DNA from: Trueperaceae bacterium
GTDB lineage: Bacteria; Deinococcota; Deinococci; Deinococcales; Trueperaceae
Reading direction: 5' to 3'
NCBI GenBank assembly: GCA_965213925.1
Contig: OZ243927.1
Location: forward strand, 2,272,001 to 2,336,000
DNA: 64,000 nt
The notes under the pieces are model-generated. The model was not told the DNA's origin, searched no databases, and saw only the letters and a program-made list of their open reading frames with translations. Both the position numbers and the translations under genes were made by a program. Positions within the stretch are counted from its first letter, which is position 1. Each line of letters begins with the position of its first letter. Positions 53,579-63,274 of the stretch are shown in pieces.

Positions 53579-53607
53579 AAAAAAGGTGGCGTGCAGCGCA
53601 CCCACCT
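53579..53607 (-). promoter_or_regulatory. rimP leader terminator-like hairpin
   Basis: AGGTGGGTGC-GCT-GCACGCCACCTTTTTT upstream of rimP. Confidence 0.65.
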
Positions 53608-53714
53608 ATAAGGTAGTCGGGATTTCTCCAAGCAGGATTATACGCCTTTTGCGAAGAACTTTACAACCTCTTGTGGACGTTTAGGCTAGAACCCGTGAGA
53701 ATTGGGGTAGCGTT

Positions 53715-53957
53715 TTAGCACTTGTTGGTTTCATGACCTCTTCGCATGTACACGAACGCGCTATCTTCTTCGTAGGTCATAAATCCGAACCTCTTATAAA
53801 GCTCGCTCACGCAGGGGTTGCTCTGCAAATAACCGAGGCGACATTCTGCGCGTTCGTGGTCTAGTTTTTTAGTGACATGAAGATAGAACGTGCGAGCCGA
53901 TTCCTCGCCCCTGATACTCAGGTAGGATGAAAAAGCGGGCGAAAAGGTCATGCTCAT
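53715..53957 (-). pseudogene. GNAT acetyltransferase-like fragment
   Basis: L..LQSNP...LYKRFGF C-terminal GNAT motif; N-terminus missing. Confidence 0.45.
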
Positions 53958-54021
53958 CTACTCAATACACCCATTGACCGAAGGAATCCAAGGGTGAACT
54001 TGAGCATTGACGATACCCTCT

Positions 54022-54270
54022 TTAACAGCAGGGTCGTTGGTGACTATTGATAGCCTGCGCTCGCTCCAACGTCTCTACCTCTAGTATCCCCATCATGCCT
54101 GCGCTATCTGTAAACGCACCACCCAGCACTAAAATTTCTGATTCAAGCTCCGTCATGTAGGCGAAGTGTCCGCCTAGAGGCTGCTCGAGGATAGCTTTAC
54201 CAGGCTGCCACAACTCGCCTGGTGTGTAGAGAAAAACGAAGTACGTCTCGTCTTCTCTAAAGTCGGGCAC
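54022..54270 (-). pseudogene. YciI-like protein, probably degraded
   Basis: Y.PG..W.PGK...EQPL.GH..YM, LGGAF.D..G.MGI. Confidence 0.55.
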
Positions 54271-54355
54271 TGGTATAGTCCAGGCGCATGACGCGCACCT
54301 TTCAACTCGCTTTCTGGTCAATTCGCTTTCTAAAACTGCGCAAAGTGAGCGCCCC

Positions 54356-55486
54356 TTGCGGCTGAGCGTCGCGGGCTTCGCCGCCACTGCTATCACCTTT
54401 GGACCAGCCCGCAGCGGCTACGGGCTGTTCTTACCTATTTTCCGCGAGGAGTTCGGGCTCTCGACGGTGCTCTTAGGGTTGATCGCGAGCGGTTTGTACT
54501 TAGGCTATTTGCTCGCGCTCTCTGCGGTGGGGTTGCTCGCTTCTAGGGTGGGTCCGCTTCCCTTGATTACGGCGGGGCTCGTGTCGGCGGCGCTCGGCAT
54601 GACGCTAGTTGCGTTTGCTCCTAGTGCGCCTATGCTAGCGGCGGGGGTGGTGTTGGCGGGCTCGAGCGCAGGTTGGACGTGGGCTCCTTACAACGACGCG
54701 GCTAAGCAACTCGTCGCAGAGCGAAGGCGCGGGCGCGTGCTCTCAGTGGTTAGTACGGGTACAACGGTGGGCATTTTCGTCGCGGGTTTGAGTGCGCTTT
54801 TCGTAGGTGCAGACTGGCGCGTTGCTTGGCTTCTGTTCGCCGGGGCTGCGCTCGCGGCGCTCGCGCCCAACGTACTTGCGCTAAGAGGGTTGCCGAACCC
54901 GTCCGACCTAGCGGAAGCCCCCAAAGAGGTCGCCTGGCGCTGGTTTGCTCGAGCTGAAGCGGTACCTCTTTTCATCGTTGCCGCCTCGTTCGGTGTAGTG
55001 AGCGCTTTTTACTACTCGTTCGCCGTGGACTTAGTCGTTTTGTCGGGTATCTCGCGTACCTTCGGAGGACCCGTCCTCTACGCTTTCATCGGCGCGGCGG
55101 GGTTGAGCGGACTGTTCACCGGCGACGCGGTTTCTCGCTTTGGTGCTAGGTGGGTGCTCCTCGCGACGCTCGTCTGTTTGAGCGCTGCTGCTTTCTCTCT
55201 AGGTCTCGCGCCGTCCTCTTGGTTTGCTATCGGGGTGTCCGCTTCGCTCTTCGGTGTGGGCGTGATGGTGATGAGTGCGCTCCTCTCCATCTGGAGTTCG
55301 TCGGTTTTCGCCGCAAGACCGTCGGTCGGCTTTTCCGCCACGCTCTTCGTCTTTGGCATCGGGCTCACGCTCGGACCTGTGGCGCTGAGTATGCTTGTGG
55401 AGCCCTTGAGCTTAGGGACGACTTTCCTTATTGCGGGTTTGATTGCTCTGCTTACAATGTTTGCGCAGCCTAAAAAATTCAGTTAG
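54356..55486 (+). CDS. MFS transporter (YbfB/YjiJ-like)
   Basis: Many TM helices; FG.AR.GYGLFLP. Confidence 0.85.
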   Translation: MRLSVAGFAATAITFGPARSGYGLFLPIFREEFGLSTVLLGLIASGLYLGYLLALSAVGLLASRVGPLPLITAGLVSAALGMTLVAFAPSAPMLAAGVVLAGSSAGWTWAPYNDAAKQLVAERRRGRVLSVVSTGTTVGIFVAGLSALFVGADWRVAWLLFAGAALAALAPNVLALRGLPNPSDLAEAPKEVAWRWFARAEAVPLFIVAASFGVVSAFYYSFAVDLVVLSGISRTFGGPVLYAFIGAAGLSGLFTGDAVSRFGARWVLLATLVCLSAAAFSLGLAPSSWFAIGVSASLFGVGVMVMSALLSIWSSSVFAARPSVGFSATLFVFGIGLTLGPVALSMLVEPLSLGTTFLIAGLIALLTMFAQPKKFS

Positions 55487-55528
55487 TGTGCACCTTTACG
55501 CTTCCCTAACCTGTAAGCTATTCCACTT

Positions 55529-55555
55529 TACACAACTTACTCAGTTGTGTATACT
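55529..55555 (+). promoter_or_regulatory. Palindromic operator overlapping a -10 box
   Basis: TACACAACT-N5-AGTTGTGTA running into TATACT, upstream of the aminotransferase. Confidence 0.45.
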
Positions 55556-55702
55556 CGCCTTTATGAAGTGCTTTTCCCAGCGAGCTAGCTAACCGCGGTG
55601 CGTTATTCTACGTATCGCTCTCTTAAACGGCCTACCTTAAACGGTAAGGTCGCTTTTCTTTTAGAGACCCAGAGCCTTTTAGGGGCAGAAAAGGAACCAT
55701 CC

Positions 55703-56866
55703 ATGAACCACCCACAGCCCGTCCTCTTGCTTACGCCCGGTCCGACCCCGATTCACCCCCGCGCCGCCGCCGCTCTTTGCTGGCCTATGCTCGGGCATAT
55801 GGACCCGGAGGTCTTTGCCTATAACGACCGCGTGGCGGAGGATTTACATGCGCTTTACGGCACGAACGGCGAAGGGTTCACGAGCCTCCTATCTGGCACG
55901 GGCTCGTTAGGGATGGAGGCGGGCTTTGCGAACTTGCTCGAGCCCCTTGACAGCGTACTTATCGTCTCGAATGGCGTCTTCGGCGAGCGCATGGTGGAGA
56001 TGGCGTCGCGCTTAGGCGCAGAGGTCGAGACCGTGCGCTTCTCGCCTGGATGCCCTATCGATTTAGGCGCGGTAAGAAGCGCGGCGCACTGCGTTCAGCC
56101 CAAGCTCATCGCCGCTGTTCACGGCGAGACGAGCACGGGCGTGATGAACCCGGTGCCAGAAATCGGCGAGATTGCTAAAGAGGTCGGCGCGCTCTATTCG
56201 GTGGACGCGGTGACGACGGTGGGAATGCTCCCTTTTAGCATGTCGGACTGGGGTATTGATTACGCCTATACCGGCTCACAAAAATGCCTCTCGGCACCCC
56301 CAGGACTCGCGCCCGTCGCATTTAGTGAGCGAGCTTTAGAGACGATTCGCACGCGCCAGACGCCCGTGACAACATGGTACAGCGACGCGGTGGGGATGCT
56401 CGGCTATTGGGCGTCGGTGGAGCAGGGCGGGCGCAAGTATCACCACACGGTTCCAGTACAACTCCACTGGGCGACGGGCGAGGCGGTTCGCGCGGCGTTG
56501 GAAGAGGGCGCGCAAGCGCGAGCGGAGCGCGTTAGATGGTTGGGCGAAGCAGTTCTAAGCGCGTTAGAAACGGTCGGCTTCTCCGCTTACATCCCTGAGC
56601 CTCACCGCTTGCCGACGGTGCTCGCGGTGAACCTACCCGCAGGCTTAGATGACGCGGCGGTGCGCTTGCAGCTTCGTAACGACTACCGCATCAGCGTCAC
56701 GGGCGGTTTGGGCGAGACAGCCGGGAAGATTTGGCGCTTGGGTTTGATGGGGGAGAACGCGCGGGCGGTGCATTACCTCAAACTGATGGACGCCCTCGCG
56801 GAGATCATGAATGCGCCGCACCTACCCGAAACGTTTGAAGCGTTACTCGCAGTCGTAGCAGAGTGA
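55703..56866 (+). CDS. Class V aminotransferase (alanine-glyoxylate/serine-pyruvate type)
   Basis: [33 protein letters not shown]. Confidence 0.92.
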   Translation: MNHPQPVLLLTPGPTPIHPRAAAALCWPMLGHMDPEVFAYNDRVAEDLHALYGTNGEGFTSLLSGTGSLGMEAGFANLLEPLDSVLIVSNGVFGERMVEMASRLGAEVETVRFSPGCPIDLGAVRSAAHCVQPKLIAAVHGETSTGVMNPVPEIGEIAKEVGALYSVDAVTTVGMLPFSMSDWGIDYAYTGSQKCLSAPPGLAPVAFSERALETIRTRQTPVTTWYSDAVGMLGYWASVEQGGRKYHHTVPVQLHWATGEAVRAALEEGAQARAERVRWLGEAVLSALETVGFSAYIPEPHRLPTVLAVNLPAGLDDAAVRLQLRNDYRISVTGGLGETAGKIWRLGLMGENARAVHYLKLMDALAEIMNAPHLPETFEALLAVVAE

Positions 56867-57218
56867 CGCTTCAGAAGCGTTGAGGCTCGAGTCCTAAAAA
56901 AGAAGGGATAGCTCGTCAACTCGAGCTGTGCGAAAAGCGTGAAGCGCTTAAAAGAAGTAGACGCGGCGGTTCTAAGCAATATTGAGGGTGGCCTCCCCGG
57001 TAGAGTAAACCGCCGCATCTGAGGAGTCAGCACGCTGGGCAGCGTAGAGACTCATGTATGTATATTACTCCACTCACTCCGAAAACACATAAACCTTACC
57101 TTAATGTTTCGATTAATGATTTCTCATAAAGGGGTCGAGGCTGAAAACGAGTGCTGTGGAGAGGCTCCACGGCGCACTGAAAAAAACAGACGCGAACTGC
57201 ACAGTGTTGCTGTAACGG

Positions 57219-57252
57219 CGAAACGTCCAACCTTTTCGGGTTGGACGTTTCG
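57219..57252. terminator. Hairpin downstream of the RTX-repeat gene
   Basis: Perfect 14-bp stem CGAAACGTCCAACC / GGTTGGACGTTTCG. Confidence 0.7.
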
Positions 57253-57292
57253 TTGGTTCTACTTAGTTGAGCGGGCGTGACTACGTGACGCG

Positions 57293-58630
57293 TTAGTCTC
57301 TGTCCGCACCTCTAGCGAATAATGCGTCCCGAGTAAGTCCGTCGTTTCCGACGACGCCTTTGAGTCTCACTGAGGAGAAGAAGTCGTCGTTTTCATCACG
57401 GTCGAACGTGAAGATCAGGTCGCGCCCATCGACGATAGCGTCGGTGTCGCCTACGCCGTCGTTCTCGACCTCTTCGACGAAGTCTAAGAACTCTTCGGTC
57501 GTAGAGAGCGCTCTTTGGGTGCCTTCGAAGCTGAACTCGAGGGTATCGAATGTGCTTTCAGAGCCTCTATTGACGTCAAAGTCCTTGATTTCGTCGTTGC
57601 CCCTATCAAACCTGATCGTGTTGCTGTCGCTACCGCCGCCTCTGATCTCGTCGTCGCCCGCGCCGCCGCGGATGAAGTCGTCGCCGTCACCGCCGAGGAG
57701 GGTATCGTCGCCCGCTTCGCCGAAGATTCTGTCGTCGCCGTCGCCGCCGTCAACAACGTCGTCGCCGCCTTGACCGTTGACGGTATCATTACCATCTTGT
57801 CCTCTGATGATGTCGTTGTCGCGTCCACCCAAGATTTCGTCGTTGTCGTCGCCGCCGCGGAGGATATCTTCGCCGTCGCCGCCGTCGATGAAGTCGTCGC
57901 CTTCGTCACCATTGATGATGTCGTTGCCTGTGCCGACTTTCGGGCTGGACTTGAGACCGCCGAAAAGCTCGTCGTCGCCTTCGCCGCCTCTGATCCTGTC
58001 GTCGCCACCTTGACCGCTGATGGTGTCGTTGCCCTCGTCGCCTTCGATATCGTCGTTGCCGGCTTCACCGAAGATCGTGTCGTTGCCTTCGTCGCCTCTT
58101 AATGTGTCATTGCCGCCCTGACCGTTGATCGTGTCGTCACCTTCGCCGCCGCGGATGGTGTCGCTGCCACGCCGACCACGGAGGACGTCGTCGCCGTCGC
58201 CACCTAAGATGAAGTCGTCATCCGGACCTGCTACCGGGTTGCCGCCGTCGATGAAGTCGTCGCCGCCTTGACCGTCGAGCGCCTTGTCGCTGCCTTCCTC
58301 GCCAAAGATTTTGTCGTCACCTTCGCCGCCGCGCACGGTGTCTTCGCCAGCGCCAGCGCAGACGACGTCGTCGCCGCCTCTAGCGCGGACGATGTCGTCG
58401 CCGCCGAGCGCTAAGATGAGGTCGTCGCCGTTCGTTCCGCGGATAACATCGTCGCCCTCAGTGCCAACAATAACGTTGTAGTCGTTGACGTCAACCTCGG
58501 TGCAGACGTCTAACTCCGGTTGATTGCCTGTTGTCGTCTCGAGTTCCTGCGGCACTTCGGCTAGATCCGAACATGCGGCTAAGAATAAGAGCGCGATCCC
58601 TACGGTAAAAACGTTTTTCAGTTGTTTCAT
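57293..58630 (-). CDS. Lipoprotein with hemolysin-type (RTX, GGxGxD) Ca-binding repeats
   Basis: MKQLK..LLFLAAC lipobox; long run of GG.GDD.I nonapeptides; GGAG RBS before ATG 58630. Confidence 0.9.
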   Translation of the reverse strand: MKQLKNVFTVGIALLFLAACSDLAEVPQELETTTGNQPELDVCTEVDVNDYNVIVGTEGDDVIRGTNGDDLILALGGDDIVRARGGDDVVCAGAGEDTVRGGEGDDKIFGEEGSDKALDGQGGDDFIDGGNPVAGPDDDFILGGDGDDVLRGRRGSDTIRGGEGDDTINGQGGNDTLRGDEGNDTIFGEAGNDDIEGDEGNDTISGQGGDDRIRGGEGDDELFGGLKSSPKVGTGNDIINGDEGDDFIDGGDGEDILRGGDDNDEILGGRDNDIIRGQDGNDTVNGQGGDDVVDGGDGDDRIFGEAGDDTLLGGDGDDFIRGGAGDDEIRGGGSDSNTIRFDRGNDEIKDFDVNRGSESTFDTLEFSFEGTQRALSTTEEFLDFVEEVENDGVGDTDAIVDGRDLIFTFDRDENDDFFSSVRLKGVVGNDGLTRDALFARGADRD

Positions 58631-58672
58631 GTATCTCTCCAAAGAAGAAAAAAGGTTTAGTAATGTTCGTCC

Positions 58673-58772
58673 TGTTCGGTAACCTAGCTGTCTCATTGTT
58701 CGGACGTCGTAAGCCAGTTTGACGAGACCTGCGGTTTTGCAACCTGCTCAGAAACAGGTATGCCTTTTCGTA
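58673..58772 (-). promoter_or_regulatory. Variant c-di-GMP-I (GEMM-I)-like riboswitch candidate
   Basis: CGAAAAGGCATAC-CTGTT(TCTG)AGCAG-GTTGCAAAACCGCAGGTCTC..GAGACAGCTAGGTTACCGAA follows the GEMM-I order of motifs but lacks the GNRA loop and its receptor. Confidence 0.5.
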
Positions 58773-58998
58773 GAACGGTGCGGATTTTGAGCCATCACCT
58801 CCTCGGATTAGTACGCTCAGAAGTCTGAAGTGCACCCCAAAACGGAGGGCGCTCAGTCCTCGTAATGTTTCCAGGGCGTTTGCACCCTACGTCCACAGTG
58901 AACCCCCACCGTGCTTTCATAGGACATCTGTGAGATGTCCCTGTTGTAAATCTCACTATGGACAAAAGACACCCTAACACCAGATGGGGAAAATTTGT

Positions 58999-59039
58999 AC
59001 CGGCTAAAGTCCCGGTTTTTGGTTGAGACGAAAGTCCTA
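58999..59039. promoter_or_regulatory. Two NarL/LuxR-type operator-like boxes
   Basis: Minus strand TAGGACTTTCGTCTCA and ACCGGGACTTTAGCCGGT share GGACTTT and are quasi-palindromic. Confidence 0.4.
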
Positions 59040-59597
59040 AGACCCCCTGGATAACAGTTGAGCACGGCAGATAAGCTCGGTTCGCTTCTTCGCCTCCAGC
59101 TTGCTGAGCAGATTGGTAACGTATCCTTTCACCGTTTTCTCAGAAATGTCTAATTTTTCACCGATTTCTCGGTTCGAGAGACCGCTCACGACGAGATGAT
59201 GCACCTGCTGCTCACGGCGCGTGAGCTGGTGCGTGTCGGACTTTTCTAGCGCTCTGGAGATGAGCCGCCGTTCGCCCCACACCTCTTCGCGCAAGAGCGC
59301 GCGGATGGCGGGTACGATCTTGTCGCGACTTTCCTCGGGTCGCAAGTAGCCTTTGTAGCCTAGGTGAAGCAGTTGCACAATTTCATTCTCGCTGTTTTCG
59401 CCGTTCCCCGAGACGATGGCGAGCGTTGGGCAAGCGGGCGGTGCGGGATACGGCGAGGTCGCGCCCTGCAAATCTATGAGGGCGACGTCGACGTACGGCG
59501 CTAACTCGGCGGTGAGCTTAAAGTTTTCTTCGCCAAGACGCGCTCTTAATGCGTCTTGCATGAGCGTGTTGGGGGTATCTACAAAAATAGTTGCCAT
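59037..59597 (-). CDS. LuxR-family regulator with a degenerate receiver domain (CsgD/VpsT-like)
   Basis: LTRRE..GLSNREI..L.ISEKTVK HTH; REC has YLRP in place of the conserved Lys; linker EEVWGERR. Confidence 0.88.
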   Translation of the reverse strand: MATIFVDTPNTLMQDALRARLGEENFKLTAELAPYVDVALIDLQGATSPYPAPPACPTLAIVSGNGENSENEIVQLLHLGYKGYLRPEESRDKIVPAIRALLREEVWGERRLISRALEKSDTHQLTRREQQVHHLVVSGLSNREIGEKLDISEKTVKGYVTNLLSKLEAKKRTELICRAQLLSRGS

Positions 59598-60172
59598 GAA
59601 GGTCTCCAGTCAAAACAAGCTGCGAAGACGAAGAAGGCGAAATGCATAGCGTGAGTGGATTTACACCGGCGTGAGCGTAGTGGCGTAGCCGGTACACATG
59701 TAACGCACCGCCTTCCGGGGTGGATGCACGGATAACTAGAGAGCGTTCGAATTTATAATTCGACGTTCGCTGTCTCAGACAGTCTCCGTTGAGTTTAGCA
59801 CATGCTCCAGACGCAAGCATAAGGGTTCTAAGTACTCTTCCGGCATTATTTCAATACCTTGTGATACTACTTCCGATTGAGTTACGCATGATGATGAATC
59901 GATCTGAGCACTTCATGAAGCCTTCATGTCTACTCTGCAACGAACGCCGTTCGAAGTAGCGCAACCAATTCTCGCCAGCGCCGTACTCGAGCGGACGGTG
60001 TACGAATTCGGTGATGAGGCTGCGTGGTGACCGCACCGAGCCGGCGCGCCATAAGCTGTTCTTCATCTAAGCATCTTATAGTGAGCTGGCTAGGCGTCCC
60101 GCAAGCGGACACGCTTAGCGTTGCAATTCTTGCTTACACGACCTTATTACGCTGCACCTTATTGGGGGCTCG

Positions 60173-61633
60173 ATGATCCAAAACACCATTCAGGAACCGA
60201 AAGTCCAGACTCAACCTGCGCCGCTCTGTGTGGACTTAGACGGCACACTCGTCCGTACGGACATGCTCTTAGAGGCGCTTCTGCTGCTGCTCAAGAGAAA
60301 TCCACTCTACCTCTTTATGCTGCCCGTATGGTTGCGGCGCGGCAAGGCGCATCTCAAGCAGGAGATCACCAAGCGCGTCGAGATCGACGCGGCGAGTTTA
60401 CCCTACAACGAGCCGCTCATCGCCTATCTGCAGGAGGAGCGAGCGAGAGGGCGCACGCTCGTTCTGGCGACGGCGGCGGATCAGAAGGTAGCGGCGCAGA
60501 TTGCCGAACACGTCGGGCTTTTCGGCGAGGTCGTGGCAAGTGCTGGCGGCGTGAACCGCTCAGGTGGGGGCAAGTTGGCGCTTCTTAGAGAGAAATACGG
60601 CACCTTCGCCTATGCGGGCAACGCCGAGGTGGACTTGGCGGTGTGGCGCGGTGCGGCGGAGGGGATCGTCGTCAGTCCTGAGCGCTCGCTCGCTGACAAA
60701 GCTCGAGAGGTCACCCAAGTCAGCCGCGTCTTCGCGGAGCCCCAAAAACCCACCTGGCAGCTTGTCGTCAAGGCGGCGCGGCTCCACCAGTGGGCTAAAA
60801 ACGTGCTGCTCTTCGTGCCGCTCGTGACCGCGCACCAGATTTTTAACGTACAACTCCTTGGACAAGCCGCGCTCGCCTTCGTCGCCTTCGGGCTCTGCGC
60901 CTCGTCGGTCTACCTGACGAACGACATGCTCGACTTAGCAGCGGACCGTCGGCACCACCGCAAGCGCTTTCGACCCTTCGCGTCGGGTGCGTTGCCGCTC
61001 GAGTTAGGTTTTGTGCTCACGCCGCTCTTTCTGCTCGCAGGCTTGACGCTCGCACTCTTCTTGCCCCCGACCTTCCTCCTTCTTTTGGTCGGCTACCTCA
61101 TCCTCACCGTGTCGTACTCGTTTTACGTCAAGCAGGTCGCGCTGTTAGACGTCATCTTGCTCGCGGGGCTCTACACGGTGCGCATCGTGGGCGGCGCGGC
61201 GGCGACGGGGATCACCGTGTCACCCTGGCTCTTAGCCTTTTCGATGTTCTTCTTTTTGAGCCTCGCGTTTGTAAAGCGCTTTTCGGAACTCAGGGTGCTC
61301 CACGCGCAAGGCGATAACGAAGCGCGGGCACGTGGCTATATGGTGGGCGATTTGGAACAGTTGGCGAGTTTAGGCGCGGCGAGCGGCTACATCTCGGTCT
61401 TGGTTATGGCGCTCTACATCAGCAGCGACGCTGTCATGATGATCTACAGTGTGCCCGGCGCGCTATGGCTCATCTGTCCTCTAATGCTCTACTGGATAAG
61501 CCGCGTCTGGCTCTTGGCGCGGCGCGGCGAGATGCACGACGACCCGGTGGTCTTTGCGCTCAAAGACCGCGTGAGCTACGCTGTAGGGATAAGCGCGGCG
61601 CTCGTGGCAGTTGCAGCGAGTTGGAACTTCTAA
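60173..61633 (+). CDS. HAD-UbiA fusion, polyprenyl-phosphate phosphoribosyltransferase-like
   Basis: VDLDGTL HAD domain; RLHQWAKN, ND..D...DR.H..K..RP.ASG, MHDDPVVFA. Confidence 0.9.
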   Translation: MIQNTIQEPKVQTQPAPLCVDLDGTLVRTDMLLEALLLLLKRNPLYLFMLPVWLRRGKAHLKQEITKRVEIDAASLPYNEPLIAYLQEERARGRTLVLATAADQKVAAQIAEHVGLFGEVVASAGGVNRSGGGKLALLREKYGTFAYAGNAEVDLAVWRGAAEGIVVSPERSLADKAREVTQVSRVFAEPQKPTWQLVVKAARLHQWAKNVLLFVPLVTAHQIFNVQLLGQAALAFVAFGLCASSVYLTNDMLDLAADRRHHRKRFRPFASGALPLELGFVLTPLFLLAGLTLALFLPPTFLLLLVGYLILTVSYSFYVKQVALLDVILLAGLYTVRIVGGAAATGITVSPWLLAFSMFFFLSLAFVKRFSELRVLHAQGDNEARARGYMVGDLEQLASLGAASGYISVLVMALYISSDAVMMIYSVPGALWLICPLMLYWISRVWLLARRGEMHDDPVVFALKDRVSYAVGISAALVAVAASWNF

Positions 61634-61752
61634 GTATGCCAAACTCTTTTGAACTTCTGGGAAGCTTTTAGCCGTTAGCTTAAACACTTTCGCTGATGGC
61701 TAAGAGCTAACCGCCTCTTAATAGATAGATCAAGCCCTCAATCCTCATCTAA

Positions 61753-61928
61753 TAGCAGGTATTATCTGGTCAGCAACGCTCTCACTAGAGAGACCGTCGT
61801 TTCGCGATGCGAAAACTGTGTAATTAGTACGCACTTTAAGTGATGTTCCGTTACAGCAAAGCTGTGAAATCTGCGGAGAAGCGTTGCTTCGCATAGTTGC
61901 ACTTAAGCAACCATAAGTGGAACTGCTA
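61753..61928 (+). mobile_element. Long (176-bp) variant of the TA-MITE
   Basis: Starts TAGCAGGTATTATCTGG, contains TAGTACGCACTTTAAGTGATG, ends GGAACTGCTA. Confidence 0.7.
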
Positions 61929-61957
61929 CAAAATGAAAACAACGGTGGAGACATCTA

Positions 61958-63274
61958 ATGGCTTATAAATCCTGGGGCAACTACCCCAAAACGGACGAAA
62001 ATATTCAGCAGATGAACTGGCGGAGTGAAGAACTCACGGTAGGGGAGACCTCGGTGCTCCCGTACGGATACGGCAGAAGCTACGGCGATAGCTGCTTGAA
62101 CGACGGCGGCGTGTTGCTCGACACGACGAAGCTAGACCGCTTCATCTCCTTCGACGCCGAAACGGGCGTCTTGCGCGCCGAAGCGGGCGTGAGCTTAGAG
62201 CAGATTTTGAAGTTCGCCGTGCCTAAGGGTTGGTTTTTGCCCGTGAGCCCCGGCACGAAATACGTCTCCCTTGCGGGCGCAATCGCCAATGATATTCACG
62301 GCAAGAACCACCACCGCGCGGGGACGTTCGGAAGGCACGCGACGCGCTTTGAACTCCTGCGCTCGGATGGGCAGCGCCTGGTCTGTTCGGAAGACGAAAA
62401 CGCCGAGCTGTTTCGCGCTACGATCGGCGGGCTCGGCTTGACCGGGCTCATCTTATGGGCGGAGATAGCGCTCAAAAGGGTCAAGAACGCCTTTTTCGAC
62501 GTGGAGACGGTGAAGTTCGCGAACTTAGAGGAGTTCTTTGAGCGCTCCGCCGAATCGGATGAAGCGTTCGACTACACGGTGGCGTGGGTGGACTGTTTGG
62601 CGCAGGGCAACAGCTTGGGGCGTGGACTATTGATGCGCGGCAACCACGCGGAGGTCGGCGAGTTGACAGTGGAAAGCAAGCAGCTCTTTAGCGTGCCGGT
62701 CAACGCGCCGAACGTGCTCCTCAACAACCTGACGATGAAGACCTTTAACGTGCTCTACTACCACAAACAGCGGCAGAAAGTAGTGCGCTCGCGGCAGCAC
62801 TACGAGCCCTTCTTCTACCCGCTCGACAGCATCGGCAACTGGAACCGCATCTACGGCGAGCGCGGCTTTTTGCAGTATCAGTTCGTGTTGCCCTTCGACG
62901 GGGACACGCGCGTCATCCGCAGGATTTTCGAAGACATCGCCGCCTCGGGCATGGGGTCGTTTTTAGCGGTTTTGAAGATGTTCGGCTCGCTGCCCTCACC
63001 TGGTATGATGTCCTTTCCGCGTCAAGGGGTGACGTTGGCGCTCGACTTCCCCTATCAGGAGAAGACGTTGGGGCTCCTCAATCAACTCGATGAGGTCATC
63101 GCGGATAGTGGCGGGCGCGTCTACCCGGCGAAAGACGCGCGGATGTCGCCTGAGAGCTTCCGGCGCTTCTACCCGCAGTGGCAAGAGTTCTCTCAGTATG
63201 TGGACCCGCAGTTTTCCTCGAGCTTCTGGCGGCGCGTCACGCAAGAGGTTAAACAAGAGGTCAGGTCCTTATGA
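61958..63274 (+). CDS. FAD-linked oxidase, DprE1-like
   Basis: GRSYGD, PV.PGT, HGKNHH, GGLGLTG, FYPLD, FLQYQ, SFLAVLK, Y.AKD. Confidence 0.9.
   Translation: MAYKSWGNYPKTDENIQQMNWRSEELTVGETSVLPYGYGRSYGDSCLNDGGVLLDTTKLDRFISFDAETGVLRAEAGVSLEQILKFAVPKGWFLPVSPGTKYVSLAGAIANDIHGKNHHRAGTFGRHATRFELLRSDGQRLVCSEDENAELFRATIGGLGLTGLILWAEIALKRVKNAFFDVETVKFANLEEFFERSAESDEAFDYTVAWVDCLAQGNSLGRGLLMRGNHAEVGELTVESKQLFSVPVNAPNVLLNNLTMKTFNVLYYHKQRQKVVRSRQHYEPFFYPLDSIGNWNRIYGERGFLQYQFVLPFDGDTRVIRRIFEDIAASGMGSFLAVLKMFGSLPSPGMMSFPRQGVTLALDFPYQEKTLGLLNQLDEVIADSGGRVYPAKDARMSPESFRRFYPQWQEFSQYVDPQFSSSFWRRVTQEVKQEVRSL

Noticed and set aside
58800..58880. c-di-GMP-II-like aptamer (GGAAACA..GCACTT..TGAG)
   Set aside because: The 3' GTGCAACCGACC/pseudoknot strand is absent; similarity too weak.
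59600..60170. Long intergenic region as ncRNA or small genes
   Set aside because: Only scattered short hairpins; no convincing ORF or family motif.
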